DNA from: Callorhinchus milii
Lineage: Eukaryota
Assembly: GCF_018977255.1 (NCBI RefSeq)
Contig: NW_024704743.1
Coordinates: forward strand, 10,356,001 to 10,420,000
Length of the DNA stretch: 64,000 nt
Reading direction: 5' to 3'
Positions 11,031 through 22,530 of the stretch are shown here, piece by piece. Both the position numbers and the translations under genes were made by a program. The notes below the pieces were generated by a model. The model did not search any database and was not told where the DNA came from. It saw nothing but the letters and a program-made list of their open reading frames with translations. Every line of letters starts with the position of its first letter. The stretch's first letter is position 1.

Positions 11031-11995
11031 CTACAATAACAACTTATATAGCGCTCTCCACGCAGGGTAGCATCTAGGAGAGCTTAACAATGGTAGAGCC
11101 TGACTCCGAACCAGGGAGGTGGGGGTGGGTGAAACGGAAACTTTTTAGGTGGGATTTGAAAAGGGAAGGGAGATGGGCAAGGTGGAGGGATTGATGGAGA
11201 GTGTTCCAGAGTTTCAGGGCATAGTGCCTGAAAATGCGACCTCCAATGGTGGAGCAGAGGGTGCGAGGGAAAAGCAGGTGGCCGGTGCCAGTCCAGCGAA
11301 GGCCCTGGGTTGTGGTTTGGGGATTGAGGAAGTCAGAGAAGTTGGGAGCAGGTTGGAGAGGTCAGAGAGCCTAGATGTGATGAATGCGTGAATGAGGATC
11401 TCGGCAGCTTGAGTGGGGGGGTATTGGCAGAGATGGGCGATGTTGCAGAGGTGGGGGAAGGCAGAGTGGGTCATGGCATGAATGTGGGGAAGAAAGAACA
11501 GTTGAGAGTCAAACAAGATGCCAAGGCTTCAGACTGGCTCAGTGAGGTGGAGTGTGCATCCTTGGATGGTGATCCTGCCAGTGCCTGAGGTGTGGAGATG
11601 CTGACAGGAGACAATCAGGAGAGCCTCGGTCTTGATGTTCAGCTGTAGAAATGTTGCTCTCATCCAAGACTTGATGTCTGACAGACATTCTGTCAGGACA
11701 GCGGTGGTCCTGGATTCGAGGGTGGAAGCAGAGAGATAGAGTTGGGTGTCATCTGCATACTTGAAAGGTGACCACATGTCTGCGGATAATGTCACCAAGA
11801 GGGAGCAGGCACAGTTTGAAGAGGAGCGGACCAAGGACAGAGTCCTGAGGAACATCACATGAGATGGTGTGCGCGGGCTGGAGGAGAAGCTGTTTGTAGA
11901 GACAAAGTGTATACAGTGTGAGAGGTAGGATCTGAACCATTGAAGGACAGAACCATGAAGATTGAGGTGAGAGGAGAGGCAATGGAGGGGGATAG
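11031..11995 (-). mobile_element. L2 LINE fragment including RT core
   Basis: [53 protein letters not shown]2 tail at 11031-11060. Confidence 0.92.
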
Positions 11996-12169
11996 AGCGG
12001 TGGCGTCGGTCCGTAGCACCTTACAATGGATACAAAAACATCAAAATGATCGATGAAACCTTTATGATGGTGCAGCCTTCACATCCTTTTATTTCTGATT
12101 GTGAGGTTGATGCTCAAACACCAAAGGCATTTTCAGAGAATGTCAGATGTGCCTCCATTACATGTAGCG

Positions 12170-13036
12170 ATTGGCAACCGCCTCAACCTCCCTGGCCTAT
12201 CCCTCAGATTTACCAAACTAGTGCGCAACCTAGGCATCAGGTTCGACCCACAGCTTTCCCCACATCTGGTCCCTAACCAGGAGTCCTGTAGCTTAGTGGT
12301 TAGAGCATTCGTTTTGCAAGCAAGAGGACTTGGATTCGATTCTGAGCAGGGCCAAACATTGGGCAAATTTCCTTCTCACTCGCCTCTGTTCACCGAGCAG
12401 TAAGTTGAAATTCGGTTGTTAGTTGATTGCGGGATCGCTTTCCCGGGATAATAATCCCTCCCAAATTCACTTTACAGCATATTCTGTGAAGTGCTTTGAG
12501 AGTCTCGAAGATGTGATAAGGTGCCATGTCAAAGGATTATTATTCTTATTCTTATCCACAAGATCCAGCTGATCGATCAAAAATTCTGCCACCCACATAC
12601 TCACCCATATTGGGTGATCACACCAGTTCCAGCCAGGCTCCACTGGCTCCCTATTGCAAAACAGATCAATTTCAAGATCCTCATACTTATTTTCAAATCC
12701 CTTGAAGCCCTGGCACCTCTCCAACCTGCTTACCCCCCAACCTACAAGCCACTGCTTCCACTCGACTAGCTCCTGCATGTCTTTAGCGTCCTCTGTTCCA
12801 CCATCGGTGGTCGCGATTTCAGCCACTACATTCCGAAATTCTGGAACACTCTTCCTCTATTCCTCCATCTTGCCCCTTCCTTCCCCATCTTCAGATTATG
12901 CCTGAAGACTTTCCTCTTCAACCGTACCTTTGGTCACCTCTCCCCAGCTCGATGTCATGCTCCGCCACTGTCAAGCGCTCTGGGAGGCTATCCTGTGTGA
13001 GGGGCGCTATATAAATGTAAGTTGTTGTTGTTGTTG
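12170..13036 (+). mobile_element. L2 LINE 3' fragment interrupted by SINE at 12280-12555
   Basis: RNLGIRFDPQLS before the SINE; ITPVPARLHWLPIAKQINFKIL after it; (GTT)n tail at 13022-13036. Confidence 0.88.
12280..12555 (+). mobile_element. tRNA-Ala-like SINE, long form with internal deletion of the Deu body
   Basis: GGAGTCCTGTAGCTTAGTGGTTAGAGC head, GCCTCTGTTCACCGAGCAGTAAG core, then a jump to AATTCACTTTACAG and an ATT-type tail. Confidence 0.9.
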
Positions 13037-13499
13037 TAGGACTGGCACTGTGTCAATGCACTGGAAGTTAAAATGGCCAACTTTCAGGTCAATAGGTCAC
13101 TTCCTACTTTGCAAATGCCCAGCATGGGTATCAGCATTCCAAGATGCTAAACCATGTGAAGAGCACTATGTAAATGCAAGTTGTTGTATTCTGGAGGGAT
13201 GAGATGTACCGAAGGGCCTTCTCCATCTAAACTTTAGATCATCGCTGTTGCTCCTGTCATTCTGGTTCTGTGTATCAGTGTAGAATATATCAACAGGAAA
13301 CATATTATGCAATTCTTCCTCCTTTCATCCACTCTCCAGACTCCAGTATAAATTTCTTTTGCAGAATTTGTTTTTATTATAAGGACAATAATATAGATAT
13401 TTTACTGCTTATAGATTAGTGGGTCATTCACCATAAGTCTGTTCTGTTTGCCTATTAAAAATACAATCAGTACACTTACACAGTAATTCTTAGTGAAGC

Positions 13500-13559
13500 T
13501 TTCTTTTTCTTTCTCTCTTGTTCCTTCCTTCCTTCCTTCCTTCCTCTCTCTCTCTCTCC
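13500..13559. repeat. Pyrimidine-rich microsatellite (TTCC)n(TC)n
   Basis: Directly visible. Confidence 0.9.
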
Positions 13560-14194
13560 TGAAAGTACATAAGAGCTAGAGCTGCAAATCTTTACAATAC
13601 AAATATGAACTTGCTGTCCAATAGACAGAATGGAAGCCTTGTGATTTCAAGGAAAGTTCTCTTTTATAAGGTTTAGGATTTGCAATTGAATTTAATCTGA
13701 GTTGCTTTATCCCACAAAATTTGCAATTATTCCTCTCTGTTTAAACTCAGTCTCCAAATGATTTGCTCTGGAGTGGGAGTCCAAGAAAATTAACAAACTG
13801 TGTGTCGTAATTGCAGCTTTTGAAGTGAGCCACAATCTGATATTATTCCTCTGAATGAATTGCAGCTTATTTGGATTGTATTCTACAGCCATGCAAAAAA
13901 TAAAGGCGAAGCTCCCCTGTGCATTTATTTAAACGTTCACCTCTGAGACGGCACATCAAAGCTTCTAATGAATTGGCTGCACAGCCAGTACCAGCAACAA
14001 AAAAGACGATGGTTCTTTGTGCCAACATGAACCCCGCACAGTCCCACAATACAGAATCACTGTGATTCTAAATCACAACCGCGGCTCGAGGCAGGTGACA
14101 CAATCTGTGGCTTGTTGAAGTAGAGCACCCTATTAAAAATATAAAAATCTCCCCTAAAACGCAATTAAACATCGCAAAGCCTGGGGGTTTAATA

Positions 14195-14640
14195 GTAATT
14201 ATTATAATGATCCATGCATTTGATATAGCCCTTTATCATGTTGTTGAGACATCTTAAACTACTTCACAGTAAACTTCACAGTATGGTAAACTGGATTGAC
14301 TGTGATATTTTGTTAGGTGAAACACAACAACCAATTTCACACAACAGTCATTAAGTGATTGACCAATTTTATCTAGGGAGTTGTTGGCCAGGACATTGGG
14401 AGAAACTTCTTTCTCTTTTCAAATAGTGCCATGGAATCTTTAATGTCCACCTGAACTGCAGATGGACTTCAATTTAACATCTCATCCGAAGGACGGATCC
14501 ACTGATAATGCTACATCCCCCAACCCAGCACAGCACTGGAGTGGAACCTCAGTCTTTGTGATTCCAAGTCCCGACGTGCGGGTTGAACCCACAACTTTCT
14601 GACTTGGAAGCGAGAGTGCTACCACTGAGCCAGTCTGACT
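14195..14640 (-). mobile_element. Old Deu-domain SINE (SacSINE1/AmnSINE1-type body), near full length
   Basis: Reverse of tRNA head GGCTCAGTGGTAGCACTCTCGC..GGGTTCAA, Deu core CAGGTGGACATTAAAGATTCCATGGCACTATTTGAA..TCCTGGCCAAC, L2-type end. Confidence 0.88.
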
Positions 14641-15146
14641 CACATCACAGGCCAGGATAACACCATGACACATTGAAAGGTTTAGGTGATGTGATTAGGC
14701 ACTATAACAAAATGCAAGGATTATTAATGTCATATTATTATTCTCTCACTTCATTGTTTCTCCAGGTGCATCTTTCAGGTTAACTTCAGTCTTATGTTGT
14801 CCCTGACAAAGGTTTACAAGTTCGTAATATTTTTAGGCCTAAAAAAAGCTGTGTTACATCTGCCTTCCCTTGAAGTACCAATGTTTATTTGCAGTAACTA
14901 TATATTTTATTGATTCTGCCACAGAGAAATTATTAATAAAGATACAGATCATAAATAAAACAAAAGAAGGAATCTCAAATAGGCTAAACAATCATATTTA
15001 TATACGCTAGTTATTTAGATAAATATATTATGTAAAATGTGTTTATTTTCATTCACTTCATGCCAAACACTGTCTCCAACTTCATTTTGCTCATATGGAT
15101 GACCACTCCTTCTTCCCCCCATTATCTTTCTTATTTATGACTTAAC

Positions 15147-15335
15147 TGGCAGTCTCCCCAGGATCAGACCAGTCACTGGGGAAAGCCCTAATGGGTAGGA
15201 TGGTCCAAGCTGGACAAACATGATAAGCTTACCAGTAAGTGTTTGAAAGGCAAGCCGTGTTGTTGTAGCTGGTTGAAAAGCAGCAGCAACCCATTGCACA
15301 CTCTCAGGTCCCCAAGTCTTGACTCTTGCCAACTG
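15147..15335 (+). repeat. Unclassified repeat family A (fragment)
   Basis: TGGCAGTCTC, AAAGCCCTAATGGGTAGG, CTCAGGTCCCCAAGTCTTGACTCTTGCCAAC shared with 42021-42420. Confidence 0.75.
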
Positions 15336-15376
15336 CTCTTTTAAGAAACAAAAAGAGTGGTTATGTGATACCAAGC

Positions 15377-15478
15377 TTATCTCTTAAAAGCTTGCAGATC
15401 GCAGTAGCAAGGGAAGAGTGAGGGAGGTGAGAAGTTCGAGAGTTTAGAGGTCCTGGGAAAGTATGAGCTGTACAACAT
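15377..15478 (-). mobile_element. Relic 3' ORF end of a different CR1-group/Jockey-group LINE lineage
   Basis: Manual translation MLYSSYFPRTSKLSNFSPPSLFPCYCDLQAFKR*, resembling the SFFPRTSxLWNSLPxSVFPxxYxLQxFK C-terminus of non-LTR ORF2 proteins. Confidence 0.55.
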
Positions 15479-16390
15479 GGGTAAATGTGCGGCGAGTCTT
15501 AATTTCACAGTCAGGATATTGGAACAAGGAGGAGGAGGAGGAGCACATAAATAGCATATTTGGAGTTTGCAGAGTCAAGAAAGGAGGTTTAAAAAAAAAT
15601 CAGTGGAAATAGCAGGGTAGAAACTCTGATGTGTGATGTGTTAACTAACCCACATTGCGCTAATTAATACACACATTGAGAAAAATGACTATGCATAATG
15701 GTCAATCCATGACTGTGGACACTGCTGGGCGGAATTGGCTGCCGTGTTTCACCTACAAAAGAACACAGTCAATCCAATTTACCACATATCCTGTGAAGTG
15801 CTTTAATACACACTTTCAGAAAATTGAGCACCGGTAAAATAATAATCTTTGCATTTGATATAGCACCATATCATATCATCGTAATATCTCAAAGTACTTT
15901 GCAGGATTTATTGTAAAGTGCAGTGACTGGATATTTGTAGGCAAACATCAGAGATGAATCTGTGTGTAAATCATCACAAGATCACTCTTTTCATTGTCTT
16001 TGTCACTTGGCAACATTCTCTGTTAACTAAATCATCACCCAGGGCTTTGGGACGTCCTCCCGACGTGAATGGCACTCTATAAATGTAATTTTGTTGTTGT
16101 TGTTATCATTTTCACCCCAGCATTATTATAATTGTTTTTTGGGGGGAGTCAACTGGGTTTCTGATCCATCAGGAAATTTATCACTATGCTTTTAAGACAG
16201 CATTATTCAGCATAAAAGGAGCGGCTGAGGTAAGCTATCAAGAAAAAGTGACGTTGGTGTGACGTCATTTTTCAACAGCAGAACCAAGGACAAACATTGA
16301 CAAACTGTCAGAAACTACAACACTGATGGCAAATTAAAACAAAAAAGAACACAAAATAATAAAAATGTATAGAAAACACTGTGTGAGAAG

Positions 16391-17417
16391 ATGATGTGGC
16401 AAGTGAAATGCGAGGACTGTGACATGTGGGAGTTAATGGCAACTTCATCTGCAGCAAGTGTCTGCAAGTCAGGATGCTCCAGCTGAGAGTAGCTGAGCTG
16501 GAAGCCGAGGTGCAGACACTGTGCTCCATCAGGGACAGTGAGAGGTTCCTGGGCAGTATGATGGAGGCAACCATCACTCCCCTGAGATTCGGGAGATGCT
16601 TGCATCTGGTTAATGCTCAGGGATAGGATGGTTTCATCAGTCCTGCAGATAATGGGACCCCTGAGAGAGGGGTGATGGAGTCTTGGGCTTCAAACTTGTT
16701 CAACGGATGTGAGTATTTGATGGACCAATCACCTCAAGAGGTGGTCACCCCACCCCACACACCGAGGGTTCAGGTGGAAAATGGCTGGGTGACTTTCCGG
16801 CATGGTAGGAAGAGGGGACGGGCTGGGCAGAATGCCCCCAATAGTGTAACACTCTCAAACCAGTACTCTGTATTGAACATTGAGAGTGTGGATATCTCCA
16901 GGAAGGACAGTATAAACCGATTGGTGGATCAGGCGGACATAGGTAACAGAAGCAAAGCTGTTGTCATAGGGGATACAACAGTGAGCGGTATAGAGCGACG
17001 TTTTTGTAACAGAAGACGGGAGTCAAGGATGATATGTTGCCTTCCTGGTGCTACAGTCTTAGACATCGCAGAATGTCCAGGTTGGGATCCATGATATTGG
17101 TAAAAAAAAAGGGCTGAGACTCTACAGGGTCAATATCAAAAGCTGAGGAACATACTAAAGAATCGAACATCCAAGGTGGTGATCTCTGGATTACTCCCTG
17201 TGCCTCGGGCAAATAAGTACCATATGGCAGGATCAAGCATATGAATGCTTGGCTGGAAAAATGGTCCAGAAAAGAAAGCTTCAGGTTTCTGGATCATTGG
17301 GACCAGTTCTGGGGCAGGTGGGACCTATACCATATGGATGGGTTACATCTAAACAGGGCTGGAGTGAATGTGCTTGCAGACAGGCTAACTAATGCTGTTG
17401 GGGAGGGTTTAAACTAG
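16391..17417 (+). pseudogene. CR1 ORF1 (CxxC..CxxC zinc finger, coiled coil, SGNH esterase-like domain), frameshifted with stops
   Basis: KCEDCDMWE / FICSKCLQVRMLQLRVAELEAEV / VVIGDTTVSGIERRFC..CCLPGA / DGLHLN; ends AAC TAG. Confidence 0.9.
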
Positions 17418-17509
17418 TTTTGAGGGGGGAAGGGAATGCAAACAATGAAGAGCTAGAAAATGGAGAAATAAAACAGGGGGGACGTGCAGAACAGGTCAAG
17501 TCGGTCTTG

Positions 17510-19798
17510 GAGTGCATGTGCCTAAATGCACGGAGTTTAGCAAACAAGATTGGTGAGCTGCAGGCTCAAGTGGTCATAGGAGGATACGATGTAGTAGCAG
17601 TAACAGAGACTTGGCTCAAGCAAGGACAGGAATGGGAGCTGAATATTCCTGGCTACAATGTATTCAGGAGGGATAGGGAAGGAAAAAAAAGGAGGAGGTG
17701 TGGCAATGTTGATCAAGGATACGGTTATAGCCGTGGAAAGGATCGAGGTGCTGGAGGGCCCCCAAACGGAATCTATCTGGCTAGAGTTAAGGAACAAAAA
17801 AGGAGCTGTTACGCTGGTAGGGGTATACTATTGACCACCAAATAGTGGGAAGGAAATAGATGAGCAGATCTGCAAGCAGATCTCAGACAGATGCAAGGCC
17901 AATAGAGTCATGATAATGGGGGACTTTAATTATCTCAACATAGACTGGGCAAACAACAGCGCAAAGGGCAAGGAGGGGGAAATATTCCTAAAATGCATAC
18001 AGGACAACTTTCTTGATCAGTACATTTCCAGCCCAACAAGGAAGGAAGCAGTGATAGATCTAGTTCTGGGGAATGAAGTAGGGCAAGTGGAGCAGGTTTC
18101 AGTGGGAGAGCATCTGGGCAATAGTGATCATAACATCATTCGATTCAGAGTGCATATGGAAAGTGACAAGGAACCATCTAAGATGAAGATACTCAACTGG
18201 AAGAGGGCAAATTTCAGTGAGTTAAAAAGGGACCTAGCCAAGGTGGACTGGAAAGAAAGATTGGCAGGTAAAACAACTAAAGAGCAGTGGGAAGTCTTCA
18301 AGGATGAGATAGCTCGGAACAAGAATAAATACATTCCCACAAAAGGAAAAAGTAGGGCATCCAAACCTCCCTGGATGACAAAAGTATCTAGAATGAAGCA
18401 GAAAAAGGAGGCGTATGACAAATGTCAAACCCAAGATACAGAATACAACCAAGTAGAATATAGGAAGCGCAGAAGAGGTTTGAAAAAGGAAATAAGAGGG
18501 GCAAAAATAATATACAAGAAAAATTTAGCAGGTAACATTAAAGGGAATTCTAAAATATTTTACAAACATATCAAGAAAAAAAGGCTAGTCAAAGGTAAGG
18601 TGGGGCCAATTAAGGACCAAGGGGGAAATCTTAATGTGGAGGCAGTGGGCATGGCTGATGTACTGCATGAGTACTTTGCATCTGTCTTTACAAAAGAATT
18701 GGATGCACCAAATGCTGCAGTATCGGAGGAGAGGGTAGAGGAAATGGATAGGATAAGTATAAACAGAGAGGAAGTACTGAAAAGGTTGACTGGGCTGAGG
18801 GTAGATAAGTTGCCCGGTCCGGACAGGATGCAACCAAGGTTACTATGGGAGGCACGGGTACAAATAGCGGAGACATTGGCTACAATTTTTCAATCTTCGT
18901 TGGACACAGGGGTGGTGCCAGAGGACTGGAGAGTGGCCAATGTGACTCCCCTGTACAAAAAGGGACAGAAGGACAAACCTGGGAAATACAGGCCAGTCAG
19001 CCTGATATCAGTAGTGGGGAAACTCCTGCAGACTATAATCCGGGACATAATAAATCTTCACTTAGAAGAATATGGGTCAATTAGGGACAGCCAACATGGA
19101 TTTGTTAAAGGCAAATCTTGTCTAACAAACCTAATAGAATTTTTCGATGAGGTAACGGAGAGGGTGGATGAAGATAGTGCAATTGATGTAGTTTATATGG
19201 ACTTTCTAAAGGCATTTGACAAAATGCCACATGAAAGACTTGTAAGAAAGATAGAAGCCCATGGTATAAAAGGGACAGTGGCAGCATGGATCCAGAACTG
19301 GCTGGGAGACAAAAAGCAGAGAGTTGTGGTGAACGGCTGGTTTTCTGACTGGAGGGATGTGTACAGTGGCATCCCCCAGGGATTGGTATTAGGACCATTG
19401 CTCTTCTTAATATGTATAAATGATCTGGACTTGGGTATAGCAAGTACGATTTCCAAGTTTGCAGATGACACAAAGTTAGATAGCGTGGTAAACAGTGAGA
19501 AGGATAGTAGCCAACTGCAGGATGACATAGACAAATGGTAAAATGGGCAGACACATGGCAGATGATTTTCACTGTGGAGAAATGTGAGGTAATGCATTTT
19601 GGTAGAAAGAATGAGGGGAGGCAATACAATCTTAAAGGAGGTAACAGAACAGAGAGACCTGGGGGTGCACATAAATGAATCCTTGAAGGTGGCAAGATAG
19701 GTAGATAAAGCTGTAAAAAGGGCATATGGGACACTAGGCTTTATAAATGGGGATATAGAGTACAAGAGTCAGGAGGTTATGATTAACCTATATAAAAC
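17510..19798 (+). pseudogene. CR1 ORF2 (APE endonuclease + reverse transcriptase), disrupted; 543-aa open segment 17910-19541
   Basis: CLNARSL..VAVTETWL, MGDFN, SDHN, YRPVSL, QHGF, DFLKAFD, PQGLVLGPLLF, FADDTKL. Frameshift at the A-run ~17683-17690, TGA in Y*PP at ~17832, frameshift near 19535. Confidence 0.95.
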
Positions 19799-19819
19799 TA
19801 TGATTCTATGAGACAACAA

Positions 19820-20260
19820 TCTAATCTGTGAGTTCCATGCCTCCCACCTGCATATGGAATTTCACTTGGTGTTTGAGATGAAGTGCACACTCTCTCCCTG
19901 GAGAGATGCATCCTGTTTACCTAATTCCGGAGAGTAATAGGCTAACGTTGGCAAGATCACGGCTTGGGGACCCTAAAGCGTGTTCTGCTGGAGTTAAACC
20001 AAATAAAACTGCACAGCTTGCCATTGAAAGCACTCTCTGACAAGCTACCCACTGCTTCTCCAGCTAGGACTACCAGCTTAGGACCTTGGCTTACGGGTTA
20101 TCAGGAGCTGAATAGGAAGAATCCCTGCCCACAGTGATCGGTCTGCTCCTCTAAATCCTACCAATGAATCAGGCTGGCTGGACTGTTATCAGCAGTAGCC
20201 CTGGAGTTCTGTAGATCTGTCTGGCTCAGTCACCGGACTACTGAGACTGCCACAGAGGAT
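19820..20260 (-). repeat. Unclassified repeat family A, longest copy (may extend to ~20450)
   Basis: Reverse complement aligns by eye along the length of 42021-42420 (CTCTGTGGCAGTCTC...CCAGGG.TACTGCT...GAATTAGGTAA.CAG.ATGCAT.TCTCCAGGGAGAG). Confidence 0.8.
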
Positions 20261-20744
20261 TGCTTCAATTCTCACATTCTGTTGCTTGGCCAGATCAGCT
20301 CCAAGAATACCCTGCTTAACTCCTCCCCCTCCCCCCATGTGGAGGATAACCATGATTGGTAGATTCCATATCTTAGCAATAAAACTCAACCAGTACACCT
20401 CAGATCACAAAACTGACTGAAACTTATTGATTGAAATGACCTCAGCATGAACCTTATTATCAACCAAAAGAAATATGGATTTCACAGGATTACCATAAAG
20501 CATTTTTGCAGGCACTGAATGAAAAATCGCCCTCAAATCAGTTGCCGACACATCTGTATTCCTTTAGCGTTAGAGCATCTCTCTTATTAGGTTTGTTAAC
20601 ATTGCTAATGTTCTCAACATACAGTGCAAGGTAAAAATCATAGGCAACATCTAAAAGTGTTCTGAGACACTACCCGTGCGAAGGGTGCCACATAAATTCA
20701 AGTAGCTGTTGTTATTATAGAAGTGAGTCCTGCTGCTGAACTCT

Positions 20745-21050
20745 GTTGCTGGGCCACTCCCATCTTTGGGTCACAGGCTATGAGTTCAAGCTCCACTTCA
20801 GCAATCATCTAGGAAGACACTTCAATACAGTATTGGGGAAGTACTGCATTTTCGGAGATCATGTCCTTTGGATATGATGTCAAAACCGGATCCTTGTTCA
20901 GGTGGATGTTAAAAATCCCATGGCACTATTTGAAAAGAGAAGGGTGTTTCTCCCAGTGTCCTGGCCAATAATACCCCAAATAAAATTGGTAACTCACTTC
21001 ATCGTTGGTTGTGGGACCTTACTGTGCAAAAATGGTTGCTGTGTTAGCCC
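20745..21050 (+). mobile_element. Old Deu-domain SINE
   Basis: B-box-like GAGTTCAAGCTCC, CAGGTGGATGTTAAAAATCCCATGGCACTATTTGAA..GTGTCCTGGCCAATA. Tail-to-tail with an opposite copy at ~21054-21340. Confidence 0.85.
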
Positions 21051-22530
21051 CCAATAATAATAATCATAATTCCTGCATTTTAAGTCGGGAGGAGATCTCA
21101 AAGTGCTTCACAGGATACACTGTAAAGTGTAGTCATTGCTGAATGCAGCAGTCCATTTGTAAAAAATTGTACAGCGATGGCGAGCAATCAGCCATGAAGT
21201 GAGTAACCAATTTTATTTGGGGGATTGTTGGCCAGGACACTAGGAGAGAGAAACTCCCTTCTCTTTTCAAATCATGCCATGTGATCTTTAACCTACACCT
21301 GAACAGGCAGCCAGGTTCTTAGTTTAACATCTCATTCGAAAAGCATGCCTGCCAAAGTGATCAAAGTGAGACTGCAGCAACAACAAATCCTTGCATATAT
21401 ATAGTGCCCTTCATGTATGATAAAGCTCAGAAGTGTGAGGAGGGAGAGCCCAGCAGCGTGAGGAGGGAACTGAGTGAGGTGGAACAGAATGAGAATTCTG
21501 TTAAGGAATTTGGTGAGAGTGGGAATTCGGTGCAGAAGGGGAAAGAGGTGCATAATTATAGAATATATAATATTTGTTATAAAACAATATGAAACAATGT
21601 CTGTGAATATGGCAGGCAGCTGAGACTGGTTGCATGCACAATGTGTGCCATGTGAGAACTCCAGGATGCCCTGGACAGACATGTGTGTAGAAAGTACCTC
21701 CAACTGCTTGAGCTCAGAGTTTCTGGTAGAATGTTTCAGAGTTTCTGAGCTTGAGGAGAGGCTGGTGTCATTACATAGCATACAGGAGGCTGAAGAGTTC
21801 ATGGATCGAATACTTCAGGAGGTGGTCACCACACAGCCACAGAGTGAGAAGGAGAGTGAGTGGGTGACAACCCGGTATGGTAGGAAGAGGGGCTGGGCAG
21901 TGCAGAAATCCCCTGAGAGTGTGGCACTCTCAAAACAGTTCTCTGTACTGAATACCGGTTAGGGTGATGACACTTCTGGGGAGGGGAGTCAAAAGCAAAT
22001 GGATGCACCACAGGACCCAGGGAAGAGTGTCAATGCAATTGTCATTGGGGACACAATGGTGAAAGGAGTAGACAGGCGATTCTGCAACCAAAGACATGAC
22101 TCTCGCATGCTATGTTATCTCCCTAGTGCCAGGGTTGAAGACATTGGAACGGGTGCAACAAAACATTCTACAAGGAGAAGAGGAACATCCAGAAATCATG
22201 GTCCATGTTGGGATCCATGATGTAGGGAAAAAAAGGGCAGAGATCATACAGGGAGAGAGTATCAGAAGCTGGGAAAAAGCTGAAGAGTAGGACCTTAAAG
22301 GTGGTGATCTCTGGATTAATCCCAGTGCCTCGTGCAAGTGAGTGTCAAAACAGCAGGATCAAACACATGAATGCATGGCTTGAGAAATGGTGCAGAAAGG
22401 AGGGATTCAGGTTCCTGGATCATTGGGACCAGTTCTGGGGCAGTTGGGACCTGTACAAGGTGGATGGGCTACACCTGAACAGGGCTGTCCTCGCATGGAG
22501 GTTAAATAGTGCTTTGGGGGAAGGGTTTAA

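Larger units (their letters stand above)
16240..19811 (+). mobile_element. Near-full-length CR1 LINE (5' UTR, ORF1, ORF2), inactivated, with 3' internal deletion
   Basis: ORF1 and ORF2 motifs as listed separately; TGACGTCA at 16260-16267 near the 5' end; terminal TATGATTCTATGA at 19799-19811. The 5' boundary is approximate. Confidence 0.95.

Noticed and set aside
17910..19541. 543-aa ORF as a functional host gene or retron/defence-type RT
   Set aside because: It is the middle of a CR1 ORF2 with an upstream frameshift and stop and a downstream frameshift; no sign of domestication.
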